A stretch of DNA of 64,000 bases, taken from positions 124,001-188,000 of the forward strand of contig NIVC01001200.1 in assembly GCA_002269645.1 (NCBI GenBank), read 5' to 3'. The notes under the pieces are model-generated. The model was not told where the DNA came from. It searched no databases and saw only the letters and a program-made list of their open reading frames with translations. Every line of letters starts with the position of its first letter. Positions within the stretch are counted from its first letter, which is position 1. The translations under genes and the position numbers were made by a program. Shown here one piece after another: positions 12,690-25,730 of the stretch. Origin of the DNA: Macrostomum lignano (taxonomy: Eukaryota).

Positions 12690-13045
12690 CAGTCCCCAGT
12701 TCCGAATCACAGTTCCCAGTTCCGGATCCCAGTCCCCAGTTCCGGATCCCAGTCCCCAGTTCCTAATCCCAGTCCGCGTTTCCGGATCCTAGTCCCCAGT
12801 TCTGAATCCCAGTCCGCGGTTCCGAATCCCAGTCCCCAGTTCTGAATCCCAGTCCGCGGTTCCGAATCCCAGTCCCCAGTTCTGAATCCCAGTCCGCGGT
12901 TCCGAATCCCAGTCCCCATTTCCGAATCCCAGTCCGCGTTTCCGGATCCCAGTCCCCAGTTTCGAATCCTGGAGTCCCCAGTTTCGAATCCTGGAGTCCC
13001 CAGTTTCGAATCCTGGAGTCCCCAGTTCCGAATCCCAGTCCCCAG
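12690..13045. repeat. ~20-bp minisatellite (cccagtccccagttccgaat) just downstream of the GLG1 stop
   Basis: Tandem units starting within ~15 nt of the TAA at 13049-13051 (minus strand). Confidence 0.95.
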
Positions 13046-13048
13046 AGC

Positions 13049-16000
13049 TCAGACTCTCTTAGCGGAGGCGGCCCGCCTTGAGCTGGCCCTGCCTGAGCAG
13101 AAACCGACCAGCAGCAGCAGCACCAAGAGGCTGAGCCCCAGCCCGATGAAGTAGGCCCTGGCAGGCGACTCGTTGATGTGAACCGCCAGTTCACCGACGC
13201 TCCGCGGCCTGAGAACCCCGGCGGCCGCCTCCATCAGGCGCAGCCGCTGGTCCAGCGCCCGCGCGCACTCGCTGCCGATCAGCTGGCGGGTGGCGAGGTC
13301 CCGGAAGGCGGCCACGGTGCAGCGCATCTGGCGGCCGGCGCCCAGCGGCACGCTGCCGCACAGGTGGGCGATCTCGGAGGTGCAGGCCCGGTACAGCAGC
13401 GGGTCCACGTGAATGTCGGCGTCCGACTCGTGCAGCAGCCGGCGAACCTCGCCGCTGCAGGCCTGCGAGCGGATGCGGCCCTGGCTGAGCAGCCGCTTCA
13501 GGCACTCGGTGACCCGGAACAGGCTGCTGCCGCTGTCCCGCACGTCCTCCAGCTCCGCGTGGCAGTAGCTCTCGGCCACCTGCGGCAGGGTTAGCGTGGT
13601 TCACCAGTGTGGGTCATCAGGGATCATCAGTGTGGGTCATCAGGGTGGGTCATCAGTGTGGGTCACCAGTGTGGGTCATCAGGGTGAGCCATCAGTGTGG
13701 GTCATCATCAGTGTGGGTCATCAGGGTGGGTCATCAGTTTGGGTCATCAGTGTGGGTCATCAGTTTGGGTCATCAGTGTGGGTCATCAGTGTGGGTCATC
13801 AGTGTGGGTCAGGGTCAGGACTCTCCGCACCTGTCCACAGGCGGCAGACAGCCGGGGGTCCAGCCGGTAGTTCAGGTTGAACTCCAACGCCAGGCTGCGG
13901 AGGTAGCTGCGGCACTGGCCGCGCAGCACCGATGACTTGCTGGGCGGCGCCGGGCGGCCGACTGCCGCTGCCTGGTCGGCGTCGTCCTCGGAGGCAACGA
14001 TGTCGCGCAGGCAGCGGGTGACGGCGCCCTGGTTACTGGGGTCCGGGGCGGCCGCGTCCCGCTTGTCCGCGGCTTCCTTCTGCTTGCGGCAGTGCCTGAG
14101 GGGTGGAGAGCGGCGAGTGTTCTAGCCCCCGAATGCCATTCTAGCCCCCGAGTGCCATTCTAGCCCCCGAGTGCCATTCTAGCCCCCGAGTGCCATTCTA
14201 GCCCCCGAGTGCCATTCTAGCCCCCGAGTGCCATTCTAGCCCCCGAGTGCCATTCTAGCCCCCGAGTGCTATTCTAGCCCCAGAGTGCCATTCTGATCCC
14301 CAGAGTGCCAACCTTATCCCTAGAGTGCCATTCTGATCCCCAGATTGCCATCATTATCCCTAGAGTACCATTCTGACCCCTAGATTGCCATTCTAGCCCC
14401 AGAGTGCCATTCTAGCCCCAGAGTGCCATTCTGACCCCTAGAGTGTCATTCTAGCCCCAGAGTGCCATTCTGATCCCCAGAGTGCTATTCTGATCCCCAG
14501 AGTGCCATTCTGATCCCCAGAGTGCTATTCTGATCCCCAGAGTGCCATCCTTATCCCCAGAGTGCCATTCTGATCCCAAGAGTGCCATTCTAGCCCCAGA
14601 GTGCCATTTTAAATCCCAGAGTGCAATTCTGATCCCAAGAGTAACTTTCTAGCCCCAGAGTGCCATTCTAGCCCCAGAGTGCCATTCTGATCCCCAGAGT
14701 GCCATTCTGATCCCTAGAGTGCCATTCTGATCCCCAGAGTGCCATTCTGATCCCCAGAGTGCCATTCTGATCCCCAGAGTGCCATTCTGATCCCCAGAGT
14801 GCCATTCTGATCCCCAAAGTGCCATTCTGATCCCTAGAGTGCCATCCTTATCCCCAGAGTGCCATCCTTATCCCCAGAGTGCCATTCTGATTCCAAGAGT
14901 GCCATTCTAGCCCCAGAGTACCATTTTAAATCCCAGAGTGCAATTCTGATTCCAGAGTGCCATTCTAGCCCCAGAGTGCCATTTTAATCCCCAGAGTGCT
15001 ATTCTAATTCCCAGAGTGCCGCACCTGTCAATATCCTGTCCGCAGTAGCGCTGCAGCTCCGGGTTCAGCCTGTAGTCAGCCTGCTGCATCTGCATTCGCT
15101 CGTTCACCACAGCGAAGCAGCCGGCATCAAACGAGGCGTGGTGCATGCGGGAGCGCAGACAGGTGTACAGCTGCACAGGCCGGGACACTCGGTCTGAGCA
15201 GTGCCGGGCGATCATCCGCTGACAGGAGGTCATCAGTCTGGCGTCCAGGACCGGCACGTTGAGCACCACCTGCGGGCGCGTCAGACATCAGGGGTGGGGT
15301 TAGTAGAAGGTCATCAGCCTTGTCAGGAGTGGGTCAGCGGCAAGTCTTCAGCCTTGTCAGGAATGGGTCAGTGGCAGGTCATCAGTCTTGTCAGGAGTGG
15401 GTCAGCGGCAAGTCTTCAGCCTTGTCAGGAATGGGTCAGTGGCAGGTCATCAGCCTTGTCAGGAATGGGTCAGTGGCAGGTCATCAGCCTTGTCAGGAGA
15501 GGGTCAGCGGGCCTCACCTTGTCCTGCTTGAAGATCGCGGCGCGGCAGTCGGCGGAGACCTTGGTGGCATCGGAGGCGGCGGCGGCCCGAAGGCAGGCGA
15601 GCCGTCGGCCGCCATCCTTGCCAGGGGGGCAGAGGGTCCTGAGTTCGAGCTCGCAGCTCTTGGCCAGGCGGGGATCCAAGCTGGGCAGGCGGTGGCGCTG
15701 CAGCAGCTCCAGGGACAGCTGGCCCTGGCATTTCCGGGACAGGCGCTGCGGCCGCGACTTCAGCACGTCGTCTCGAGCAGCCGTGGCGAGGCAGCGCACG
15801 ACGACGGTCTTGTCGATGTTGCGTCTGCTGCTGGGCTCCCCAGCGGCGTCAGCGCCTTCCGCGGCGCTGCACAGCCGGCGAATGTCGTCGCCGCAGGCGG
15901 AGGCGAAGTCCCTGCTGATGTGGTAGTCGCGCAGGGACACTAGCTGGTGGTGCTCCACGCCTGCACGGCAGCGCGGGTCCATTTTCGGGTGCGCCTTGAG

Positions 16001-19000
16001 CTGGATGAGGCAGCTCATCACTGTCTCTGGGAGGCAGGTGGGTCGAACAGTTCAAGGTGAGATGCGCTCAGAAAGCTTTCAGCTCTTGTAACTGTCATTC
16101 TGTGTGACTGGCACTCTGTCACTGTCATTCTGTGTGACTGGCACTCTGTCACTGTCATTCTGTGTGACTGGCACTCTGTCACTGTCACTCTGTGTGACTG
16201 GCACTCTGTCACTGTCATTCTGTGTGACTGGCACTCTGTCACTGTCATTCTGTGTGACTGGCACTCTGTCACTGTCATTCTGTGTGACTGGCACTCTGCC
16301 ACTGTCATTCTGTGTGACTGCTACTCTGTCACGGTCACTTTGTGTGACTGGCACTCTGCCACTGTCATTCTGTGTGACTGGCACTCTGTCACGGTCACTC
16401 TGTGTGACTGGCACTCTGTCACTGTCACTCTGTGTGACTGGCACTCTGTCACTGTCACTCTGTGTGACTGGCACTCTGTCACTGTCACTCGATGTGACTG
16501 GCACTCTGTCACTGTCACTCTGTCACTGTCATTCTGTGTGACTGGCACTCTGTCACTGTCATTCTGTGTGACTGGCACTCTGTCACGGTCACTTTGTGTG
16601 ACTGGCACTCTGTCACTGTCATTCTGTGTGACTGGCACTCTGTCACTGTCACTCTGTGTGACTGGCACTCTGTCACTGTCACTCTATGTGACTGGCACTC
16701 TGTCACTGTCACTCTGTGTGACTGGCACTCTGTCACTGTCACTCTGTGTGACTGTCACTCTGTGTGACTGGCACTCTGTGTGACTGGCACTCTGTCACTG
16801 TCACTCTGTGTGACTGGCACTCTGTCACTGTCACTCTGTGTGACTGACACTCTGTCATTGTACTTCTGTGTGACTGGTATTCTGTCACGGTAATTGTATG
16901 AGACTGGAACCACTATGGCCGAAGGCACTCACTGTCCAGCCCGACCTGGCCCTGAACTCGGTCGCAGAACTTCCTCACGAAGGGCTGGCAACTGTGCACG
17001 AACAGCAGGTCGGGACTGAGCTCAATGTCCGAGTCCACCCGCTCGGACACCTGTCGGACAACCCTGGCGCAGGTGCGGTCCAGCAGGCTGAGGTTGTCCT
17101 GCAGGCAGGCGAACTCATCGCCCGGCCTCCTGCTGTGCAGGCAGAGGCGGGACAGGTCGCGCAGGCAGGGCGCGAACAGGCGCGCGTCGAGGCGCGCACG
17201 ATCGGCGCGCTCGCGCAAACTCTTGGCCAGCTGGGCGGAGCAGGCGACGCTGGTCCTGCGATGAGGATGAAGATGAGATGAGTCTGAGATGAGGCAGCCC
17301 AGTTTCCAGGATTAAAAATGCTTAGTGTGGGATTGAAAGCCCTCGAGATCTTCAGTCAATAAAAATAATTAGGAATCAGCAGTCGGCATTTGGGGAAAAT
17401 AAAGAACTCATTAATTTGAAAATTCTTAGCAATATTTTACAACTATGCATTAGAGACGGTGAGACGCTAAATTTAGCAATACAACTATCCATGAAGTCCC
17501 AAATTTATCTTCTGAGTCCCAAATCCCAAATATGTTTATGAAGTTCTAAATCTATCCTTAATTCCCAGATTTTTCCTTGAAGTCCCAAATCTATTCTTGA
17601 ATTCCCAAATCTATCCTTGAAGTCCTAAATCTATCAGTAAAGTCCCAAATCTATCCTTGAAGTCCCAAATCTATCCTTAAAGTCCTAAATCTATCCTTGA
17701 AGTCCCAAATCTATCCATGAAGTCCCAAATCTATCTCTGAAGTCCCAAATCTATCCATGAAGTCCCAAATCTATCTCTGAAGTCCCAAATCTATCTCTGA
17801 AGTCCCAAATCTATCCATGAAGTCCCAAATCTATCTCTGAAGTCCCAAATCTATCCATGAAGTCCCAAATCTAGCTCTGAAGTCCCAAATCTATCTCTGA
17901 AGTCCCAAATCTATCTCTGAAGTCCCAAATCCATCTCTGAAGTCCCAAATCTATCCATGAAGTCAGCCCCAAATCTATCCATGAAGTCCCAAATCTATCT
18001 CTGAAGTCCCAAATCTATCCATGAAGTCTCAAATCTATCTCTGAAGTCCCAAATCTGTCTCTGAAGTCCTAAATCTTACAATGAACTCTTAATATTTCCC
18101 TGAATTAATTAATCCTTCAAGTTATTCATCTTTCACTTATCAAGTATTGCTAATTCTCTTATCTCCCGCCTCACTCATTCCGAATCATCAGGCCGTAGAG
18201 GCAGTTAAAGGTGGCTCCGAGCGCCACCGCGGCCGCCCTGTCCCGGGCGCCGCTCCACCAGGTTTCGCCGGCGCCGCAGCGGGCCGCGGCCACCGCTCGG
18301 CACGCCTTGAACAGCCGGGCATTCAGACGAAAGTCGCGATTCTCAAAGTACACGAGCTCGGCCAGGCGGTTGGAGCAGGCCACGCTGACGGTCTCGGGCT
18401 GGGCCGCCAGCCGGGACTTCAGGCAGGTGTACACGCTGGCCGTGCCCGGGGCGGAGCAGTGCAGCCGCACCTCGCCGGCGCAGCCGCTCATAACCACCGG
18501 GTCCACCCGCAGGTCCCTGGTTGGCATGGCAACACGCAGGACGCGATCAACAGCCCGCTCGCAGGCGCTGGTGGAATTTCTGCCGGGCCCGTCAGTCAGC
18601 TGGGCGTCTCTGGCGGCCCGCAGCTGCCGCATGATGCAGTGCAGCAGCCCCTGCTCCGCCGTGTGGTCCGCCCGGCAGCGCTGCAGCTCCCGGGAGCAGC
18701 CCGAGGCCAGGCCGGGCAGCAGCTGCGGGTCCGAGATGAAATCCGACCGCACCTGTGGGGGGGATGGTAAGACTGAGGATGGAGCAGGCAATGCTGATGA
18801 TGCGGGAGGTGGCGGTGGCCCAGCAACTGAGAGGATCTCGGAGAGCGGTGGCCCAGCAACTGAGGGTCTGGGAGGGCGGTGGCCCAGCAACTGAGGATCT
18901 GGGAGGCTGGCCCAGCAACTGAGAGGATCTGGCAGAGCGGTGGCCCAGCAACTGAGGATCTGGGAGGCTGGCCCAGCATCTGATGGTCTGGGAGGCTGGC

Positions 19001-22000
19001 CAAGCAACTGAGGATCTGGGAGGGCGGTGGCCCAGCAACTGAGGGTCTGGGAGGGCGGTGGCCCAGCAACTGAGGATCTGGGAGGGCGGTGGCCCAGCAA
19101 CTGAGGGTCTGGGAGGGCGGTGGCCCAGCAACTGAGGATCTGGGAGGCTGGCCCAGCATCTGAGGGTCTGGGAGGCTGGCCAAGCAACTGAGGATCTGGG
19201 AGAGCGGTGGCCCAGCAACTGAGGGTCTGGGAGGGCGGTGGCCCAGCAACTGAGGATCTGGGAGGCTGGCCCAGCATCTGAGGGTCTGGGAGGCTGGCCA
19301 AGCAACTGAGGATCTGGGAGGGCGGTGGCCCAGCAACTGAGGATCTGGGAGGCTGGCTCAGCAACTGAGGATCTGGGTGGGCGGTGGCCTAGCAATTGAG
19401 GATCTGGGAGGGCATCCCAGCATCTCACATCCATCATCCGAGACTGGCAGGCGGCAGTCACGGCCGTGGTGCCCTTGGAGATGAGGCTGCTCTCCAGGCA
19501 CAACAGGGCGGCCGCGGACCCGGCCGGCTCTCCGCCGGGCGCCACGCAGCCGAGCCGGCGAAGATCGGCGCCGCACGCGTCGGCGAATCGGCGATAGACG
19601 GCGAAGTCAAGGGCGGCGAGGCCGCGGACCCGCGCCAGCTCGACCTGGCAGGCCGGGCGGGCCGCCTCGCGCTGCCGGTTGAGGCAGGCCAGCACGCGGC
19701 CGCCGCCGGAGGACACGGCGCCGCAGAGACGCTCGCGGTCGTCGCGGCAGGCGTAGAACAGCGGCCTGTCGTTGTGGTAGTCTGAGGTCTGCAGCTCGGC
19801 GAGGCGGAGCAGCTGCAGGCGGCACTGGTGGCTCACGACGGCGACCTTCTGGCCGAGGCAGGCGACGGTGCGGCCCTGAAGGTAGGAGATGGAAATTCGC
19901 GGTGGCAGCAGATGAGCCAACCCGTACCCTAGAATGTATACTCTCTCAGATCAACCCCTACCCTAGAATGTACATTCTCTCAGATCAACCCCTGCCCTAG
20001 AATGTACACTCTCAGATCAACCCGTACCCTAGAATGTACATTCTCTCAGATCAACCCGTACCCTAGAATGTACATTCTCTCAGATCAATCCCTACCCTAG
20101 AATGTACACTCTCTCAGATCAACGCCTACCCTAGAATGTACACTCTCAGATCAACCCCTACCCTAGAGTATACCCTCTCAGATGAACCCCTACCCTAGAA
20201 TGTACACTCTCTCAGATCAACCCCTGCCCTAGAATGTACTCTCTCAGATCAACCCCTACCCTAGAATGTACACTCTCTCAGATCAACCCCTACCCTAGAA
20301 TGTACACTCTCTCAGATTAACCCCTACCCTAGAATGTACACTCTCTCTGATCAACCCCTACCCTAGAATACACACTCTTTCAGATTAGCGCCTACTCTAT
20401 AATGCAAATAATTCCAATCCAGACATACCAATAAAAGCAGGCATTTCATTGCCCCTACCTGACTAGTTGGCAGAGAGGCGGACACAGCGTTAGTCCTGGG
20501 CTCGAGTCGGCCGCAGCCAGTGCGCACAACGTCGGCTTTGCAAGCGCCGATGAACCGTTCAACAAGTCGATAGTCGGCGAAGACGAGGGGCTCCAGGCGG
20601 CGCAGGTAGGATCTGCAGGCCCGCTCCGACACGTTGGCGCGGTGCTCGATGAGGCAGGAGATGCGCAGGACGCTGCGCGGCGGCTCCCGACCGCAGGCTT
20701 TGATCCGGCGAAGGTCCTCCTTGAAAGGTGAGAAGAGGCAAAACATGGGGATCGCCAGCGCAAGTGGCTGAGTGCAAACTCTCTTTCTCGTTGTCAAGCT
20801 TTCAATAAATGCTCACACCCAATGTCTCCTGGGTTTATAAGCTCGAAATTTCAAGTCTTGGAAAACTACCATTTGAAAGCTTAAAACTTTAGTGATAACA
20901 TTATACTATACACTGATGCCATATCAGAGGGGTTGTAGTCTAGTGGTTAGAGCGTCGGACTCATGACTGAAAGGTCGGGGGTTCGATTTCTGATCCCACT
21001 GGAACAATTTGTATTTTTAAGCAAATGACCTAACTCTACATTGCTTCAGTTTACCCAGCTGTAAAATGTAATAAAAAACTGAAGCCATGATTAGCCTTAC
21101 CTGACAAGCCCCGCTGGCAGCAGTGGCAAAGTCGACATTGTGGGTCAGGTTGAACTTCAGCTGCCAGATGGCGGCCTGGCAGGCCTCGGGCAGCGACTCG
21201 GCGACGGCTTGGCTGCGCTGCAGGCAGGCCAGCACGGCGAAGTTGTTGCGCCGCACCGCCTGGCTGCAGTGCAGGCGCACCGAGTCCCGGCAGGCTGGCT
21301 GTTTGTATAGCGGCTGGCTGCCGCGGCTACGACCGAGGAACTCCCGGACAGCCAGGGACTTCTGACGGTGGCGCAATGGCGGCAAGAAAGTTGGCGCCGC
21401 TGCCGTAGCCTCCTGCTGAGCTGGTCGCTTTGAGACCTTTGCCCGGGGCATTGCGAGCAGGGCATCAACTGGGTCTGGCTGTCCCTGGCCTGGGAAAAAT
21501 TTAACAATGGGATCACATCTTGTTGAATTATACACATTGTGGGAGTCACATTCTGGGTAGCCTGGCTGCATCAATAGCCTTATTAGTTAGCCAGTTTGCA
21601 AGGGGCAATAGCTGTTCCCAGTTGTGCTAATTTGATAAACTCTATAGCAAGTGCCAAACATATGGGCATACATAGAGGTTATGCTTATATAGGATATACC
21701 AAGATGACTTAGATTTAAGCTCTTCACAAGCATATGCTCTAGTTCAACAACTAACTTAAATAATGTCATGAACAAGCATTTATACTATTCCTTCCCAATC
21801 TCTTTGATGACTGGCCATACTCCTTAATTTTCTATGTACAAAGTAATTCCCATCACATGACTCTGTTTTGTAATTCAATTAGCCCTTGCTCATGCTATCA
21901 TTATAGACTATAAACAATTTGAAATATTTTTCTAACTATGTGGTACAATAGTATATATAATTAGACATATATTTTGATTGACAAAAATGTAGCCATTGAT

Positions 22001-23671
22001 TTTTTATATGGCATTTTTTAATAAACATAAATTTATCTTTTTTGTTTTAGTAAGACTTCAGATAGACAATTTTTAGTATATTGGAAGTAGGCCTATTTAA
22101 GACTAAGATAAGACTAAGATAAAGAATTTAAAGTTTTTTTGCTATCTTTTGATCAAAATATGCATTTAAAAAGTACCAAAATTATGTTTATTAGGCTAAA
22201 AGGATTTGACTTTGTTAAAATCAGAATAAAGCTGGCAGGCATCTGTAAGCACTGCTAGCATCTGATTTTATTTTAGTCACCCTATTGCTTGCTCTTGGCA
22301 CCACTGAATTGTTCTCCATTGAGTCTGCCACAAAGTAATAATTTAGTAACTCTATTGCAGTATACCATTATCCAGTTTATCAACATAATAAAATTTAACA
22401 AATTTAATAATAATTATTTATTTGTTTGTTCTTATTTGAACCCCTTAGTTTTCTATTGAGTTATTTGCCCACAGGGTATAAAACAATCAATTATTCTCAT
22501 CTCAAAGAAAGCTCTGAGACCCTTAATGTTCTATAATACAAAATTATGGTAGTGGCAACATTACTCTACTACTGATAGTAACAAACCGAGGATATCAACA
22601 GATTACAAATTTTATACAGTGTCTAAAAACCCAATTGAATGACCATGCCATTAAAAAACTCCTCGACTGCAAATTATGACTACCCTCCCCCTGGAATTAA
22701 GGACCTGGCAGACGGAGTATCAATTTTTTTATTATTAGAGGCAGGGGGTTGTGTGCACCCTGGCACACTTTAAGCGACATAGGCACACAACTGGCAAGAG
22801 GCATTACTGCCCATTCTGCCGACTCCCCTGAGCAGGCATACAAGCATGCGGATATGTATGCAGGCACACACTTACACAGGAGTATACAGCAGCCCTAACT
22901 TTATATTATTGTTAGGCATGTACACTTCACTGCGCCTTGGGGGGTTGGCTTTCAAAGCCGTTAATTGCACGAGCAGAGCCAAGTCGAGATTCCAATTCAG
23001 CCCCAAATTAATGTGACTGCACTTGGAATTGAGCCTGGGTTGTGGGCACACCAAAGCAGCTATGCTACCACTGGGCTACGGCCCCCCTTAATGGAGTATC
23101 AAAGGAGAAGCTATACAAATCAGTTTGTGAGATTTTCTGGCTTTACAAGTGCCAAGACAACATAGGTGGCAATTCAAAAAGTTTAAAACTGCCTACCCTT
23201 ACATTATCTTTTCTTCTCTGCCCCACCTCAATTGCTAAATCTAAGCTGCTTTACTTAGAATTTGTTTCAAAAAAACCATATTTTTGTTTCCTATAAATCA
23301 TTAAAATGGGGGATATATCCCTATCTCCTCCTAGCTATGCTATTACTTTAGTTTTAGTTTTAAGTTGAGTTTTTTAGTTTTAAGCCATATTATCTTGCAC
23401 AAACTAAACTTTCAAATTTTCAAAGAGAATTAAAAATATTCAAAAGTTACAGCATAAATTTATAAGAGTATGGAAACAGCATTATAATAGATATAATCAC
23501 ATGATCTGACCAAGTCACCAACTTGACCAAGCCCAAGGAATGGAATTAAACTATCAAAGTAATAAGATTAGTTCAATGATATGAGACACTCTAATATTAG
23601 TACTATTACTATTAGTGCTTACCAAAGACAGCTGTAATAGTTAAAAATACCAAAAAGCTGACAAAGATCAT
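13049..23671 (-). CDS. GLG1: Golgi apparatus protein 1 (MG-160/ESL-1/CFR), complete, ~1198 aa
   Basis: Exons (minus): 23671-23623 (signal MIFVSFLVFLTITAVFG), 21489-21101, 20719-20459, 19875-19429, 18752-18175, 17255-16933, 16026-15518, 15269-15025, 14095-13831, 13579-13049. All GT-AG with matching phases, total 3597 nt. Cys-rich GLG1 repeats (ACRDSVRLHC..NNFAVLACLQ..CQAAIWQLKFNLT; DYRLNPELQRYC; DIHVDPLLYRAC), C-terminal TM and short basic tail GRASSRRAASAKRV. Confidence 0.95.
13600..13815. repeat. ~15-bp intronic minisatellite (gtgtgggtcatca)
   Basis: Fills GLG1 intron 13580-13830. Confidence 0.95.
14120..15020. repeat. 19/20-bp intronic minisatellite (gccattctagcccccgagt grading into gccattctgatccccagagt)
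   Basis: Fills GLG1 intron 14096-15024. Confidence 0.97.
15305..15500. repeat. ~59-bp composite intronic tandem repeat (tcatcagccttgtcaggagtgggtcagcggcaag...)
   Basis: Fills GLG1 intron 15270-15517. Confidence 0.9.
16090..16880. repeat. 30-bp intronic minisatellite (tgtgtgactggcactctgtcactgtcattc)
   Basis: Fills GLG1 intron 16027-16932; source of the PVTQSDSDR-type ORFs. Confidence 0.97.
17500..18080. repeat. 20-bp intronic minisatellite (gaagtcccaaatctatctct)
   Basis: In GLG1 intron 17256-18174. Confidence 0.95.
18815..19420. repeat. Composite GC-rich intronic tandem repeat (ctgggagggcggtggcccagcaactgaggat / ctgggaggctggcccagcatctgagggt)
   Basis: Fills GLG1 intron 18753-19428. The ORFs 18171..19364 and 18592..19920 read through it by chance. 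Confidence 0.93.
19915..20395. repeat. ~34-36-bp intronic minisatellite (tcagatcaacccctaccctagaatgtacactctc)
   Basis: Fills GLG1 intron 19876-20458. Confidence 0.95.
20929..21068 (+). mobile_element. tRNA-derived SINE, family 1, second (3'-short) copy
   Basis: ggggttgtagtctagtggttagagcgtcggactcatgactgaaaggtcgggggttcgat...gatcccactggaacaatttgt...attgcttcagtttacccagctgtaaaat, collinear with 5278-5420. Confidence 0.78.
22750..23086 (-). mobile_element. Probable tRNA-derived SINE, second family
   Basis: Minus strand begins ggggccgtagcccagtggtagcatagctgctttgg...caggctcaattcc (A box and B box-like). GC-richer than the surrounding AT-rich GLG1 intron 1; 3' limit uncertain. Confidence 0.5.
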
Positions 23672-24227
23672 CTCAGAAACTTCTTTGCTAGTAGCAGTTG
23701 GCCAGTTGCAAATGCAGTGCAGTTACTTTTAACAATAAATTTATATGTGAGATAAAAATTACAAGCCTCACTAACAACAAGCAGTTTAACTGCTTGATAT
23801 GTTATTGATATTCAAACTAATACAGTAATATAAAATAATTCATAAAGTTCATATATACTTCGCTGATTTATATAAGGAAATTGTGCTGCCAGTTTCTTCT
23901 AGGAAAAGGTCGGGTTTTAAACTTTTTACATCATTCGATTTACATTATAACAATATCATACCAAAATCAGCTAAAAAAAGCAAAAAAATATTGCAAAATT
24001 ACTCAGCGTACATTCATGGTTGTAATAGCTTAAAATTTTATATTACTTAAAAGCTTTAAAGGTACGTGATAGCTTATAGAAGCGCAAAAACAAATGCTCT
24101 GTGTACACGTGGACTCGGGAGTGGCCCCCGGCCTGTCGTTCTTCCGTAGAAAATACTTGGCCATCGCATTCACCCAAACTTTTTGATCTAATTTTGCATT
24201 ATACTTGCTACGTACAAATTGCTAAAC

Positions 24228-25623
24228 ATGTCTGATATAATTTTCAATCTTTATAAGTTTCTGGAATGTCCAAATTTAAAGTTGCGGTGCCCATCATGGG
24301 TGAAAACTCCCTCTCCAATGTTTGTTTTTACGGTAATTATGATATTCTATTTTGGGATCACATCTGGTAAGACTTTCTATTTTGCTGAAGTATTTAAAAA
24401 GCCAAAAACTAAAATAAAATATTTGAGCATTTTAGAATAATTTCATATTGTAGAGTTCGATCACCCTCTGTCTAGCTTGGTGATGAACCTATACTAATAA
24501 AATGAACTGTCAATGAAATTTTTCCAGTCAATTAGTATGAAGTGCGGAGGCATAAATTCTGGTTATCCCGCTGTACTGTTTAAATATGTAGTTGTGTCAT
24601 TTTAATGAAGCTTGTTGTAATACATGCCAGTAAATTTAATTACAACATATGCTAAGAATAAGATTGTTCCTGAGAAAAATGCAAAGAAAAAATGCTCACA
24701 ATTATTGTATTAAGTAATATTAAATACTAATAATTAGAATATATAGGTAATGTAGAAATTGAGTTATTCAGTTAAATGAAAAATAAATAGATGTCAGAAT
24801 GTAGCAAATCATATTCCTATGCTATAGTATTAGTAAAGCTGGTCATACCAGATACAAAAATATTTTAAAGCTTAAAAAATTGTACAGAGGAATTATCATT
24901 TCATAACAAATTTCAGGTGTGATTTATGACATTGTTCTGGAGACACCCAGCATTGGCTCGAGAGTTGATGCCCAAGGTCATAGTAGACCTGTAAGCATTA
25001 ACACCTTTTAATATGACGGCATTTTTGTAATATAGTAATATATTCTACCTTGAATTCTTTCCCCAATTTTTTAGCTAAACCACTGCCGCCCTCCCACATC
25101 CTAAGTTTCTGGGGCAACTGCCATTTTTTGAGATCCTCAGTTGCTAGGCTACTGCCCCCTCGCAGATCTCATAGGCCTAGATCAGATTATACAAACACAG
25201 CCCCCAACCTACAACTGCAGGTAGCATTCCTGCCAAACCGGATCAACGGTCAGTACATCATGGAGGGCCTGGCAGCGAGCTGCATGTTCGCACTGGGCTC
25301 CGGCGGCTTCATCATGTTAGACCAGCTGCATAGCCGGCAGATCATGCCCAGGTTCACCCGAATGCTGCTCACTGGAGTTGCCCTGCTGTCGGCCCTTGTT
25401 GCCTTTTTTGTCTGCCGCATCTTTGTGAAGATAAAAATTCCGTACGAGAGTTCGGTTGTGCTATTGCTTATTACAGCTTGGTACTCAATGATAGAACCTG
25501 TGCTCAAGTGGCGAAACTTTGCTTCACTGCTTTCACGTATTCACTTAGCGCTTTCACCTCTGCATTTGGTCCGAAATTGTTTGACATAGATATCTCAGTA
25601 CGTGCAAGCCTACTAACAAGTAG
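24228..25623 (+). CDS. OSTC: Oligosaccharyltransferase complex subunit OSTC (DC2)
   Basis: Exons 24228-24366 (MSDIIFNLYKFLECPNLKLRCPSWVKTPSPMFVF..YFGITSG), 24917-24990 (VIYDIVLETPSIGSRVDAQGHSRP), 25221-25441 (VAFLPNRINGQYIMEGLAAS..RIFVKIKIP). The last exon 25590-25623 (YLSTCKPTNK*) is tentative. Confidence 0.92.
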
Positions 25624-25730
25624 CCCCAGAAGTGTGTGGATGCTTTTCCTATCCATCGATACCCATAGAAATTTCATCTATTTTAAGGAACTTTGGAAAT
25701 CACCAAGAGCAGGTACTGCACACCATTGGC

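Noticed and set aside
18171-19920. Long 397-aa and 442-aa ORFs as separate genes
   Set aside because: They are GLG1 exons read through a repeat-filled intron; splice sites and phases explain them.
20929-21002. Possible tRNA-Met gene
   Set aside because: The acceptor stem does not pair well, and it continues into a body shared with the copy at 5278, so it is a SINE head.
23955-24016. Alternative GLG1 signal exon (FCNIFLLFLADF|gtatga)
   Set aside because: An in-frame TAA lies between the ATG and the hydrophobic run; the exon at 23671-23623 fits without correction. It may be a 5' UTR exon.
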